Origin: Enterobacteria phage phiC600P9
Sequence record: MZ681930.1
DNA: 64,000 nucleotides
Strand: one strand, 5' to 3'
In this document: positions 55,683 to 64,000 of the stretch, one piece after another
Layout of the letters: every line of letters starts with the position of its first letter
Position numbering within the stretch: the first letter of the stretch is position 1
Notes under the pieces: model-generated
Seen by the model: only the letters and a program-made list of their open reading frames with translations
Told to the model about the DNA's origin: nothing
The model's database searches: none
Made by a program: the position numbers and the translations under genes

Positions 55683-58600
55683 ATGGCTACTTTAAAACAA
55701 ATACAATTTAAAAGAAGCAAAACCGCAGGTGCACGTCCTGCTGCTTCAGTATTAGCCGAAGGTGAATTGGCTATAAACTTAAAAGATAGAACAATTTTTA
55801 CTAAAGATGATTCAGGAAATATCATTGATTTAAGTATTTCCGCTGGCGGTAATATCAGTGGAAATATCACTCAAACTGGTGATTATTTACAAAATGGAAC
55901 ATATAATCTTAATGGAAACCAGTTTGTTTATGCTGGTAAATATATTGAATTCCTGCCTAAAACCGCGGGTAATGGTGCTTGGGCAAACCAACATAAAAAT
56001 AAAGCTCCTATCTTTACCGATTTGAGTTCAACTACTTCTACTTCAGAATACCATCCGCTAATTAAACAACGCTATAAAGATGGAACTTTTTCTGTTGGTA
56101 CGTTAGTAAATGAAGGAAGTTTTAAAATTCAATATATCAATGAATCTGGTGATTCGAAATATTGGACTTTTAATCGAAACGGTAGTTTTATTGTAGATAA
56201 TGGCAATATTGAAGCTCGTGCTGGTAATATTTCGGCTTCAGGTAATATTAACTCGGCAACTGGATTTGTTTCTGCTCCACAGATTAATACAAAAACCATA
56301 GTTTTTGATACAAAAGCATTCGGACAATACGATTCACAGTCATTAGTTCAATATGTTTATCCTGGAACCGGTGAAACAAACGGAATCAATTACCTTCGTA
56401 AAGTTCGAGCTAAATCAGGCGGAACCATTTACCATGAAATCGCTTCTGCGCAGACCGGAAAAAGTGATGAAATTTCTTGGTGGACTGGAAATACAGCCGT
56501 TAATAAACAAATGGGTCTTCGTAATGATGGGGCTTTAGTATTACGACGCTCACTCGCAATTGGTACAATTACAACAGATGAAAACATTAATAACTACGGC
56601 TCCGCTGGAGCAATGGGCGAATGTTATATAGTTATCGGTGATGCATCAACAGGTTTATCATACAAAAAAACTGGAGTATATGATTTAGTTGCTAGCGGTC
56701 TTTCTTTAGCATCTATTACTCCTGATAGTTTCCGTAGTACTCGTAAAGGTATATTTGGCCGCTCAGAAGATCAAGGCGCAACTTGGATAATGCCTGGTAC
56801 AAATGCTGCTCTCTTGTCTGTTCAAACACAAGCTGATAATAACAATGCTGGAGACGGACAAACTCATATTGGATACAATGCTGGCGGTAAAATGAGTCAT
56901 TATTTCCGCGGTAAAGGCAAAACTAATATTAATACTCAGGAAGGTGTAGACGTTAACCCTGGTATATTGAAGTTAACCACCGGCGGTGAAAGTATTAGCT
57001 TTAATGCCGCAACTGGAAGTATTAATTCTACATTAGCTTTTCGTCTTAATAAAGGCATAATTATTGATGGACCTGATAATCAGGGATTCCAGTTTAACGC
57101 CCCGACGGCTGCAGATGGTACTAGAAGTATATACTGGAATAGTGGTACTCTCGCAGGTCAAAACAAAAACCCTGTTACAGTTAAAGTGTGGGGTAATTCA
57201 TTTAACGCATCTGGTGATCGTAATCGTGAAACCGTTTTTGAAGTAGCTGATGGGCAAGGTTATTATTTTTACGCTCAACGTACTAATCCTGCATCAGGTC
57301 AAACAGTAGGTCCGGTTAACTTTAAATTTAACGGAACTGTCGAAACAGGCCATATCGTAGGCCTTGGTAATATAAGTGCCTCCGGTACAGGTTCTTTTGG
57401 TGGTAATGTTACCATGTCTAATGGTTTGTTTGTCCAAGGTGGTTCTTCTATTACAGGCCAAGTAAAAATTGGTGGAACAGCTGATGCATTAAGAATTTGG
57501 AACGCTGAATACGGTGCAATTTTCCGTCGTTCTGAAGATAAGCTTTATATTATTCCAACTCCGCAGAATGCTGGTGAAACAGGTGGCATTTCTAATTTAC
57601 GTCCGTTCTATATTACATTAAGTAATGGTAAAGTTTCTATGGATCATGACGTAGATATCGGCGGCGGTAGATTTAAAGTAGAAACTAGTGGAACAACATC
57701 AGGGCAACGTATTACAGTTAATACTGCCTCCGATGCTATTAGAATAAATGCTCCAACACAAGAATCTTCTAACTTCATCCAAGGACGTAAAGCAGATGTT
57801 CCGAAATGGTATTTAGGTATTGGTGATGGCGGCAACGTCGTTCGTATGCACAGTTACACCTACTCCCATGGTATTGCATTAAACTCTGATACGGTTGATA
57901 TAGCTAAACCTCTTAGAATAGGTTCAGCCCAATTAGGTACTGATGGTAATATTACTGGTGGTTCTGGTAATTTTGCTAACTTGAATACCACAATAAATAA
58001 CCTTAAGACGGATATTGTCTCGAGTTACCCAATTGGTGCTCCGATTCCTTGGCCTACTGATACACCTCCTGAAGGTTATGCCATAATGGAAGGTCAAACA
58101 TTTGATGCTGGCTTGTATCCTAAGTTAGCTGCAGTGTATCCTTCCGGCACTCTGCCTGATATGCGTGGTCAAACTATCAAGGGTAAACCATCTGGGCGTG
58201 CTGTATTAAGTACAGAAGCAGACGGTGTTAAGTCACATAGCCATAGTGCAAGTGCATCAAACACAGATTTGGGTACTAAGACCACTTCTAGTTTTGATTA
58301 CGGTAGCAAAACGACTTCAAGCTTTGATTATGGTACTAAGACAAGTAGTACCACTGGCAACCATAACCATACAGTGAGTGGTAATACTAGTTCCGCTGGT
58401 GCTCACCAACACGCGCGTTCAGGCCCTCAGATGCAAGGCGGCATACCCACTAGCATATTCTATGATGGATACAATAGTGCGGGTCCAAACGGCAACGCTA
58501 AAATCACTGGAACCGTGAGCGGTGCTACTGCATCGTCGAATATGGCCAAAACTTCTTCAGACGGTGCCCACACCCATAGTTGGTCAGGAACTACTAGCGC

Positions 58601-58781
58601 TACTGGTAACCATGCTCATACTGTGGGTATTGGTGCTCATACACACACTGTAGGCATTGGTGCTCATTCTCATACTGTTGCAATTGGTTCCCATGGACAT
58701 ACAATAACTGTAAATGCCACAGGAAATACAGAAAACACAGTTAAAAACGTTGCTTTTAACTATATCGTTCGTTTAGCATAA
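55683..58781 (+). CDS. 37: Long tail fibre distal subunit gp37 (receptor-binding tip with His-x-His repeats)
   Basis: 1032-aa ORF; C-terminal region has GNHNHTVSG and [35 protein letters not shown], the His-rich motifs recalled from the T4 gp37 needle. Confidence 0.93.
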   Translation: MATLKQIQFKRSKTAGARPAASVLAEGELAINLKDRTIFTKDDSGNIIDLSISAGGNISGNITQTGDYLQNGTYNLNGNQFVYAGKYIEFLPKTAGNGAWANQHKNKAPIFTDLSSTTSTSEYHPLIKQRYKDGTFSVGTLVNEGSFKIQYINESGDSKYWTFNRNGSFIVDNGNIEARAGNISASGNINSATGFVSAPQINTKTIVFDTKAFGQYDSQSLVQYVYPGTGETNGINYLRKVRAKSGGTIYHEIASAQTGKSDEISWWTGNTAVNKQMGLRNDGALVLRRSLAIGTITTDENINNYGSAGAMGECYIVIGDASTGLSYKKTGVYDLVASGLSLASITPDSFRSTRKGIFGRSEDQGATWIMPGTNAALLSVQTQADNNNAGDGQTHIGYNAGGKMSHYFRGKGKTNINTQEGVDVNPGILKLTTGGESISFNAATGSINSTLAFRLNKGIIIDGPDNQGFQFNAPTAADGTRSIYWNSGTLAGQNKNPVTVKVWGNSFNASGDRNRETVFEVADGQGYYFYAQRTNPASGQTVGPVNFKFNGTVETGHIVGLGNISASGTGSFGGNVTMSNGLFVQGGSSITGQVKIGGTADALRIWNAEYGAIFRRSEDKLYIIPTPQNAGETGGISNLRPFYITLSNGKVSMDHDVDIGGGRFKVETSGTTSGQRITVNTASDAIRINAPTQESSNFIQGRKADVPKWYLGIGDGGNVVRMHSYTYSHGIALNSDTVDIAKPLRIGSAQLGTDGNITGGSGNFANLNTTINNLKTDIVSSYPIGAPIPWPTDTPPEGYAIMEGQTFDAGLYPKLAAVYPSGTLPDMRGQTIKGKPSGRAVLSTEADGVKSHSHSASASNTDLGTKTTSSFDYGSKTTSSFDYGTKTSSTTGNHNHTVSGNTSSAGAHQHARSGPQMQGGIPTSIFYDGYNSAGPNGNAKITGTVSGATASSNMAKTSSDGAHTHSWSGTTSATGNHAHTVGIGAHTHTVGIGAHSHTVAIGSHGHTITVNATGNTENTVKNVAFNYIVRLA
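58278..58337 (+). repeat. 30-nt tandem direct repeat x2 inside gene 37
   Basis: aagaccacttctagttttgattacggtagc followed by aaaacgacttcaagctttgattatggtact, encoding [10 protein letters not shown] / [10 protein letters not shown]. Confidence 0.75.
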
Positions 58782-58784
58782 GGA

Positions 58785-58808
58785 GAAGGGACTTCTGTCC
58801 CTTTTTAT
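58785..58808 (+). terminator. Hairpin with T-run after gene 37
   Basis: agggac-ttct-gtccct followed by ttttt. Confidence 0.6.
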
Positions 58809-58811
58809 AAT

Positions 58812-59363
58812 ATGAAACTCTATCACTATTATTTTGACACTAAAGAATTTTACAAAGAAGAAAATTATAAACCATTAAAAGGCGTAGGATTTCCGGCTCA
58901 TTCGACACCAAAAAAACCTTTAGACCCTAAAGAAGGCTATGCTGTTGTATTTGATGAACGCGAACAAGAATGGGTATATGTTGAAGACCATCGTGGAAAA
59001 ACAGTATGGACTTATGATAAGCAAAAAATTGTTATTGACACTCCAGGTGCTCTTCAAAATGTTACTACAGAAGAACCTGGTGAATTTGACGTTTGGACCG
59101 GCGACGGGTGGAAGGAAGATGAAGCATATAAACGCGTAGTTCAACGTGATAAGAAAATTCATGAACTCTATAAATTATTCAGTGTTTTAAGTTCTCTTAT
59201 TGACGCAGAGGTTGCTAATAGAGAAGAAAAACGAAAATTTAAAGAGCTCAAAAAATTCTTTGCCCTTTTAGAAAAACACGAACATCTTGGCGGTGAATTC
59301 CCTAAATTCCCTGACCTTGAAAACAAATCTATTGTCAAAGCGATTATAAATATCTTTAAGTAA
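58812..59363 (+). CDS. 38: gp38 tail fibre assembly chaperone (T4 type)
   Basis: 183-aa ORF, the T4-type short gp38 length rather than the longer T2-type adhesin. Confidence 0.85.
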   Translation: MKLYHYYFDTKEFYKEENYKPLKGVGFPAHSTPKKPLDPKEGYAVVFDEREQEWVYVEDHRGKTVWTYDKQKIVIDTPGALQNVTTEEPGEFDVWTGDGWKEDEAYKRVVQRDKKIHELYKLFSVLSSLIDAEVANREEKRKFKELKKFFALLEKHEHLGGEFPKFPDLENKSIVKAIINIFK

Positions 59364-59372
59364 GGAGGTATT

Positions 59373-60032
59373 ATGGCAACACCAAAAGTATCATTTTCAC
59401 TTAGTGATATTCTATTTGGGTTGCTAGATCGTATTTTCAAAGATAACGCTACTGGAAAGGTTTTAATGTCCCGAGTAGCGGTAATTATTCTTTTGTTCCT
59501 AATGGCACTAATATGGTACAAAGGAAGTATTTTGCTGGATTATTATGTAAGAGCTAAGTATGATACTTATACTGAAATAATCCAAAAAGAACGAGCTTTA
59601 CGTTTTGAATCTGCGGCTCTAGAACAACTGCAAATAGTTCATATCTCATCTGGTGCAGATTTTAGTGCTGTGTATTCTTTCAGACCTAAAAACTTAAATT
59701 ATTTCGTCGACCTTATAGCTTATGAAGGCAAACTACCTAGCACAATTTCTGAAAAGTCCCTTGGCGGATTCCCGGTGGATAAAACGGCTAATGAATATAT
59801 GGTTCATTTAAGTGGCCGTCATTTCTCATCTAAATCAGAATTTGCATTTTTGCCTACAAAATCTAAGACTGCCGAACTTTCTTATATGTATAGTTGTCCA
59901 TACTTTAATTTGGATAACATCTATGCTGGAACTGTGACGATGTATTGGTATAAGGGGAGTAATATACTTGAGGAAGATCGCTTAGCGGCTATATGCAACC
60001 AAGCGATCCGAATACTAGGAAGGGCTAAATAA
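59373..60032 (+). CDS. t: Holin T
   Basis: 219-aa ORF with one N-terminal TM segment (VAVIILLFLMALIWY) and a large periplasmic domain; matches T4 T as recalled. Confidence 0.9.
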   Translation: MATPKVSFSLSDILFGLLDRIFKDNATGKVLMSRVAVIILLFLMALIWYKGSILLDYYVRAKYDTYTEIIQKERALRFESAALEQLQIVHISSGADFSAVYSFRPKNLNYFVDLIAYEGKLPSTISEKSLGGFPVDKTANEYMVHLSGRHFSSKSEFAFLPTKSKTAELSYMYSCPYFNLDNIYAGTVTMYWYKGSNILEEDRLAAICNQAIRILGRAK

Positions 60033-60305
60033 TTAGTTGTTAGAATACATCGCTAAATGACGATAAATATTTTCAAAACCTTCATTGAATTCACTAATCA
60101 GTGTTTTCTTTTCTTCGGCAGTTAAATTTGTAATTAGTTTTCTGAACGAATTCTGATTTAGCTGCCGACCATCTTTTTTAATTCCAATCTCATTCAAGAA
60201 TCCGATGAAACTTGCTCGGTCTTCAACAATATCTTCCCTAGAGAATTTAATCAAAATAGAAGCAATAGTAATAATTTCACGTACGATTTCAATGTCTTTA
60301 TTCAT
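60033..60305 (-). CDS. asiA: AsiA anti-sigma70 factor
   Basis: 90-aa ORF (MNKDIEIVREIITIASILIKFSREDIVEDRA...), same length and close sequence to T4 AsiA as recalled. Confidence 0.88.
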   Translation of the reverse strand: MNKDIEIVREIITIASILIKFSREDIVEDRASFIGFLNEIGIKKDGRQLNQNSFRKLITNLTAEEKKTLISEFNEGFENIYRHLAMYSNN

Positions 60306-60351
60306 AACGTTTTATTCATTCCATTTAGTTGATATGGATATAGTACCAATA

Positions 60352-60567
60352 TTAGTGTTGATTGTAAACGGCCTTTTCTACGCTTTTAACGTAATTGGTA
60401 TAGTCTTCCTGTTCATACGAGTGTAAGGCCAAGAACGGAACTAATAGTTCATTATAGACTAAAGCCTCACGCTCACGTTCGGCCTCTACTACGTTCTGAA
60501 GATTATGACTCATATCGTTCCTTATAACTATCAATGTAGTCCTGTATGTCGAAGAATGACATTTCAT
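60352..60567 (-). CDS. Hypothetical small early protein (asiA-motA interval)
   Basis: 71-aa ORF; overlaps the next ORF by about 65 nt, so the true start is uncertain. Confidence 0.4.
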   Translation of the reverse strand: MKCHSSTYRTTLIVIRNDMSHNLQNVVEAEREREALVYNELLVPFLALHSYEQEDYTNYVKSVEKAVYNQH

Positions 60568-60802
60568 ATTCTAGGGCATTAAGAGCCCGTTCTTCAGTAT
60601 AGTCAGAACCAAAGACGATAGTGATTTCACCAGGCTTCATGTGATTGAAATCAACACTAAAAGGAATACGAGAACATACTTCGTCTGCCATATCTGCAAC
60701 AACACTACGATATACTTCTCGGTTAACCTGATAAAGCTCTGCAAGTTCTTCGCATCGAATAACAAGTTCAGTGGCAGGATTTTCTTTGATTTTAGTAAGC
60801 AT
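60503..60802 (-). CDS. Hypothetical early protein (asiA-motA interval)
   Basis: 99-aa acidic ORF. Confidence 0.5.
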   Translation of the reverse strand: MLTKIKENPATELVIRCEELAELYQVNREVYRSVVADMADEVCSRIPFSVDFNHMKPGEITIVFGSDYTEERALNALEYEMSFFDIQDYIDSYKERYES

Positions 60803-60876
60803 AGTCTTTACCCTTATGTTTTTGTTTACGTTTAGATTGAAGTTCTGATTTCTTCTTGTCCTTATGAACAGAAGCC

Positions 60877-61104
60877 TTATTGAAATCGTGTTTTGCTACA
60901 AGATTGTTCATAATGATTTATAACCTCATTTAAACATTTATCGGTAAAAGAAAACTTTTTAGCCACAGAACATTCGATAATGTGCTCTTTCAAATCTTTA
61001 GAGTCAGTATATCCCATCTCAGTAATAAAGTGGCGAATTAAAGCTTTATTCTTATCATTAACAGAATTAAAATAATCTACTTTAGAATCAATTATTCTCA
61101 TCAT
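60877..61104 (-). CDS. Hypothetical early protein (asiA-motA interval)
   Basis: 75-aa ORF. Confidence 0.5.
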   Translation of the reverse strand: MMRIIDSKVDYFNSVNDKNKALIRHFITEMGYTDSKDLKEHIIECSVAKKFSFTDKCLNEVINHYEQSCSKTRFQ

Positions 61105-61369
61105 CTAATTTCCTTAATTGATATTGCAACGAGCTAATAATTTCTTCGTTCATTTTAATATACATGTCACGCAAGAAAGATTTTAACCCGTCACGAATAA
61201 TTGCTAACGTATCACCTTTACATAAATTGACCAAATAAGGGTGGTCTAAAGCGTCCCAACCAGGCTGATTAGCATACATACCATAGTTTTCTTCCATCAT
61301 ATGATTAAGACGTTTGATATCTTGGATACGTGATTCAATAGCATCTTTCTGGAGTTGTTTAATATTCAT
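61088..61369 (-). CDS. Hypothetical early protein (asiA-motA interval; possibly arn-like)
   Basis: 93-aa ORF; T4 Arn is of similar size and lies in this interval, but I cannot confirm its sequence from memory. Confidence 0.45.
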   Translation of the reverse strand: MNIKQLQKDAIESRIQDIKRLNHMMEENYGMYANQPGWDALDHPYLVNLCKGDTLAIIRDGLKSFLRDMYIKMNEEIISSLQYQLRKLDDENN

Positions 61370-61830
61370 TAATAAAGGTCCTCAGAGTAAAGTTCTTTTT
61401 CACTACCACCACGTTCAATACGTACTTGTCCAGCGTAAGTTGCAATAATCATTGCTTCTTCACGTGTCCAATAATTACTATATTGGTCAATAAACCCTTG
61501 GTCATCATCACAAACTTGTTGAGTAACTAATTGTGGTTTAACTACATCTAAAACTGCTGCCATATCTTTAGAATAATGACGAGCACCTGGAATAACAAGA
61601 GTTCGTCCATCTTTTAATTTAAAACGGTTGGCTGCACAAACAATTCGTCGTTGATACTTTTGGTTTTCATCCCAGTATGCAGACTGCCAACAGATTTCAG
61701 GAACTTCTTTTAGAATATCTTCTTCTGTGCATTTATAACCATGCGCTTTAAATTTTTCAACAAGACTTTCTGGAGTTTCACGAGATAAAGGAACATTCAG
61801 CATTTTTAAACGATTAATAAATGGGTTCAT
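61369..61830 (-). CDS. Hypothetical early protein (asiA-motA interval)
   Basis: 153-aa ORF translationally coupled to its neighbours. Confidence 0.55.
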   Translation of the reverse strand: MNPFINRLKMLNVPLSRETPESLVEKFKAHGYKCTEEDILKEVPEICWQSAYWDENQKYQRRIVCAANRFKLKDGRTLVIPGARHYSKDMAAVLDVVKPQLVTQQVCDDDQGFIDQYSNYWTREEAMIIATYAGQVRIERGGSEKELYSEDLY

Positions 61831-62156
61831 TTAAACCATCCTTTAATACGTTGCCACAAAGTTTTCTGTTGAGCTTTGTTAACACCAATTGAGCGAATAA
61901 CCGGTTGAGATTCCTGGAATTCTTTATAATCAGCAAGGTAAATTTCGTAAGCTGAATCTGTAAAGGAACTTATCGCTGCCATGAAATTATTGCGAATACC
62001 TACTGGAGCATCTTTACTTTCACGAATAATCATGTATTTACCAGTCTTAATCTTTACGATAGTTCCAAGATAAGCTCCATGGTACCAGATGTCCCACCCC
62101 TCTTGAGTGGGTTCTGCACAACGACGAAGTTCATTAACAATTTCTAACTTGTTCAT
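61827..62156 (-). CDS. Hypothetical early protein (asiA-motA interval)
   Basis: 109-aa ORF directly downstream of motA. Confidence 0.55.
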   Translation of the reverse strand: MNKLEIVNELRRCAEPTQEGWDIWYHGAYLGTIVKIKTGKYMIIRESKDAPVGIRNNFMAAISSFTDSAYEIYLADYKEFQESQPVIRSIGVNKAQQKTLWQRIKGWFK

Positions 62157-62166
62157 TATTTATTCC

Positions 62167-62802
62167 TCACAGTTCAGATGCTACAGTAATTACAGCTTCA
62201 ATGTTTTCTGCTGAGCGTTTAATGTCAAGATACACATTACCATTTTTAGCGATTTTACATGACATTCCGATATCAGTAAATTTCTGAATATGATGTTCCA
62301 TCATTTTGTATCCAAAAATTCGCATATTTCCATTGTTGTTAATTTCAAAATTACGAATTCCGTGAGTGCGTTTTTCTAAAATAGCGAGATAGTTACTACG
62401 ATAAGTTTCAACCTTTTTAAGAACAAATCCATTTTCATCTAAAAGTTTTAACATGAAGTCTTTATCTTCTTCCATATCAGAAGTAATCTCGCGAGCTTTA
62501 CGAGTTGCTCGTTTTTTCAGCAGTTCCGGAGCGTTTTCCTGTGCGTATAAAGTTGCTGCATTTGAAATAATATCCTGAGCTTCACCAGTAATGATTAATC
62601 CATCACCAGATTTCTCCACCAGGCCTTTTTTAATCAATACCCCAATATTACTATTAACTACTGCATTACCTAAATCTGGATGCACCTCACGAACTTCTGC
62701 AGCTGTAATGAAATCTTTCTTAGCAATGGTAATTAAAATCGCAGCAGTTTTTTCATTCAGAACATCGTTAGAAGCTTTGATGATGTAAGTTACTTTAGAC
62801 AT
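62167..62802 (-). CDS. motA: MotA middle-transcription activator
   Basis: 211-aa ORF, same length as T4 MotA. Confidence 0.88.
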   Translation of the reverse strand: MSKVTYIIKASNDVLNEKTAAILITIAKKDFITAAEVREVHPDLGNAVVNSNIGVLIKKGLVEKSGDGLIITGEAQDIISNAATLYAQENAPELLKKRATRKAREITSDMEEDKDFMLKLLDENGFVLKKVETYRSNYLAILEKRTHGIRNFEINNNGNMRIFGYKMMEHHIQKFTDIGMSCKIAKNGNVYLDIKRSAENIEAVITVASEL

Positions 62803-62835
62803 TTTCTAATCTCCGTAATTCTGTATCAGTAGTTG

Positions 62836-62865
62836 ATAGTTGTATAGTACCACAGAATGCTTTGG
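62836..62865. repeat. 30-nt motif gatagttgtatagtaccacagaatgctttg, copy B, upstream of motA and adjacent to a hairpin
   Basis: 29 of 30 nt identical to 46674-46703; immediately followed by hairpin ggagagc-cgag-gctctcc at 62865-62882. Confidence 0.8.
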
Positions 62866-62887
62866 AGAGCCGAGGCTCTCCCTAAAA

Positions 62888-63037
62888 TTACTGCATGACT
62901 GTGATAACTGTCATGATAACGCGTTGAATGCCGAACGCAAGAAGACCTCCTGCTACGGCTGGAACAACACCTAAACCCGCTAGTAAAATGCCGCCAGATA
63001 CTAACGCCGCGCTTGTAATACCAATGAATGGACTCAT
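62888..63037 (-). CDS. Small hydrophobic membrane protein, 49 aa
   Basis: My own translation: MSPFIGITSAALVSGGILLAGLGVVPAVAGGLLAFGIQRVIMTVITVMQ; the ATG overlaps the gene 52 stop (ATGA). Below the ORF-track size cut-off. Confidence 0.45.
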   Translation of the reverse strand: MSPFIGITSAALVSGGILLAGLGVVPAVAGGLLAFGIQRVIMTVITVMQ

Positions 63038-64000
63038 TTGATTTCCTCTAAATCTTTGGTGTATTCGGTAACTACATCAGTAGTTTTCCAATATTCGTTT
63101 TCTTCTTTCTTAGCTTTAGCTTCTTCAGCAAGTTTCTTTGCTTCATCAGAAGTCATATGAAAAATATTCATACCGACTAGTTTATCAACATAAGAAGAAT
63201 ACATCTCAATTTTAGAAAGTTCTTCGGTCAGTTCTTTACGAGTTTTACCCTGTACAACAATTTCACCTGAAATTACTTTCTTAATGAAATGTGCCTTGGC
63301 AAAGGCTAAACGAAAAGCTGACTCAGTTTCTTTGATTTTGTTATCAATTCGTTTTTGGACATAAGTTTTACGAACTTCAACGAAGTCTTTGATTAAATCA
63401 ACTACGTTATCGTAAACTTGTAGCTTTCCTTTCTCATTAATAACGGTAATATTCTGGGAACGACGCTCAATCAACCCGAAGTCTTTCATAATTTTTGCAT
63501 GGCGTTCTTCTTCATTATCGCTCAAAGAATATTCTTTACGGAATTTAACTTTAAAGCCAAAACCATGCTCACCACAAGCATCATCCCATGTAATGAAGCC
63601 TTTATCTTCAAGTGGGTCTAAGATTTTACTCACATAAGTTTCACGATCATACTTATACGGAATCTCAGTGATATGCATTTGAGTTCGTGAAGTAAACTTA
63701 TATGTTCCACGAATTTCATATTGTCCATCAATTTCAACGACTTCACCACGAAATTCTGGGAATTCTACCTTCGGTTTAGTTACTTTCTTTCCTTGAAGAG
63801 CTTGCAATACAGCTTTCTTGACAGAAGAAACACTATGAGGAAGAATGTAAGTTGCATAACCAGTTGCAATACCGGAAACACCATTAAGAAGAACAGTAGG
63901 AATAACAGGCAAATAGAAAGCAGGCGGAATGTGTTCTTTATCTTGATGTACCGGAGCATATTCAGTATCTTTATATACGTTATAGAAATTTTTACTTACA
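63034..64000 (-). CDS. 52: DNA topoisomerase II medium subunit gp52, C-terminal part (start lies outside the window)
   Basis: ORF open to the window edge and upstream of motA as in T4; the assignment rests mainly on gene order and size. Confidence 0.75.
   Translation of the reverse strand, partial: VSKNFYNVYKDTEYAPVHQDKEHIPPAFYLPVIPTVLLNGVSGIATGYATYILPHSVSSVKKAVLQALQGKKVTKPKVEFPEFRGEVVEIDGQYEIRGTYKFTSRTQMHITEIPYKYDRETYVSKILDPLEDKGFITWDDACGEHGFGFKVKFRKEYSLSDNEEERHAKIMKDFGLIERRSQNITVINEKGKLQVYDNVVDLIKDFVEVRKTYVQKRIDNKIKETESAFRLAFAKAHFIKKVISGEIVVQGKTRKELTEELSKIEMYSSYVDKLVGMNIFHMTSDEAKKLAEEAKAKKEENEYWKTTDVVTEYTKDLEEIK

Noticed and set aside
57644-57835. Short ORFs on both strands inside gene 37 (for example 57064-57246 and 57644-57835)
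   Set aside because: They lie inside the long tail fibre ORF and are too short and low-complexity to support.

Overview
The window is a contiguous 64 kb segment of a T4-like (T-even, Tequatrovirus-type) myovirus genome, recognised from near-identical protein sequences and conserved gene order. It runs from the 3' end of tail sheath gene 18 through the plus-strand late head genes (19, 20, 67, 68, 21, 22, 23, 24), a minus-strand block (rnlB, hoc, inh), uvsW/uvsY, the baseplate genes (25, 26, 51, 27, 28, 29, 48, 54), two tandem Alt ADP-ribosyltransferase genes, DNA ligase 30 and the 30.x early ORFs, rIII, 31, cd, pseT, spanins, alc, rnlA, denA, nrdB, nrdA, td, frd, 32, 59, 33, dsbA, rnh, the long tail fibre genes 34-38, holin t, asiA, motA and the 3' part of gene 52. 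Late promoters (TATAAATA), MotA-type middle promoters, sigma70-type early promoters and many GC hairpin terminators are visible. Relative to T4 as I recall it, this genome has continuous (intron-less) td and nrdB, no ORF between 23 and 24 or between nrdA and nrdB, an HNH endonuclease ORF between 18 and 19, and an extra ORF between frd and td. The most unusual observations are that gene 32 has no stop codon and reads in frame into the next ORF across a 30-nt motif repeated upstream of motA, a GC-elevated ~400 bp non-coding interval between rIII and the 30.x cluster, the tandem Alt paralogues, and a NADAR-like ORF (30.3). No tRNA, rRNA or CRISPR array was found. All calls rest on reading the sequence and recalled T4 biology; no database search was run.
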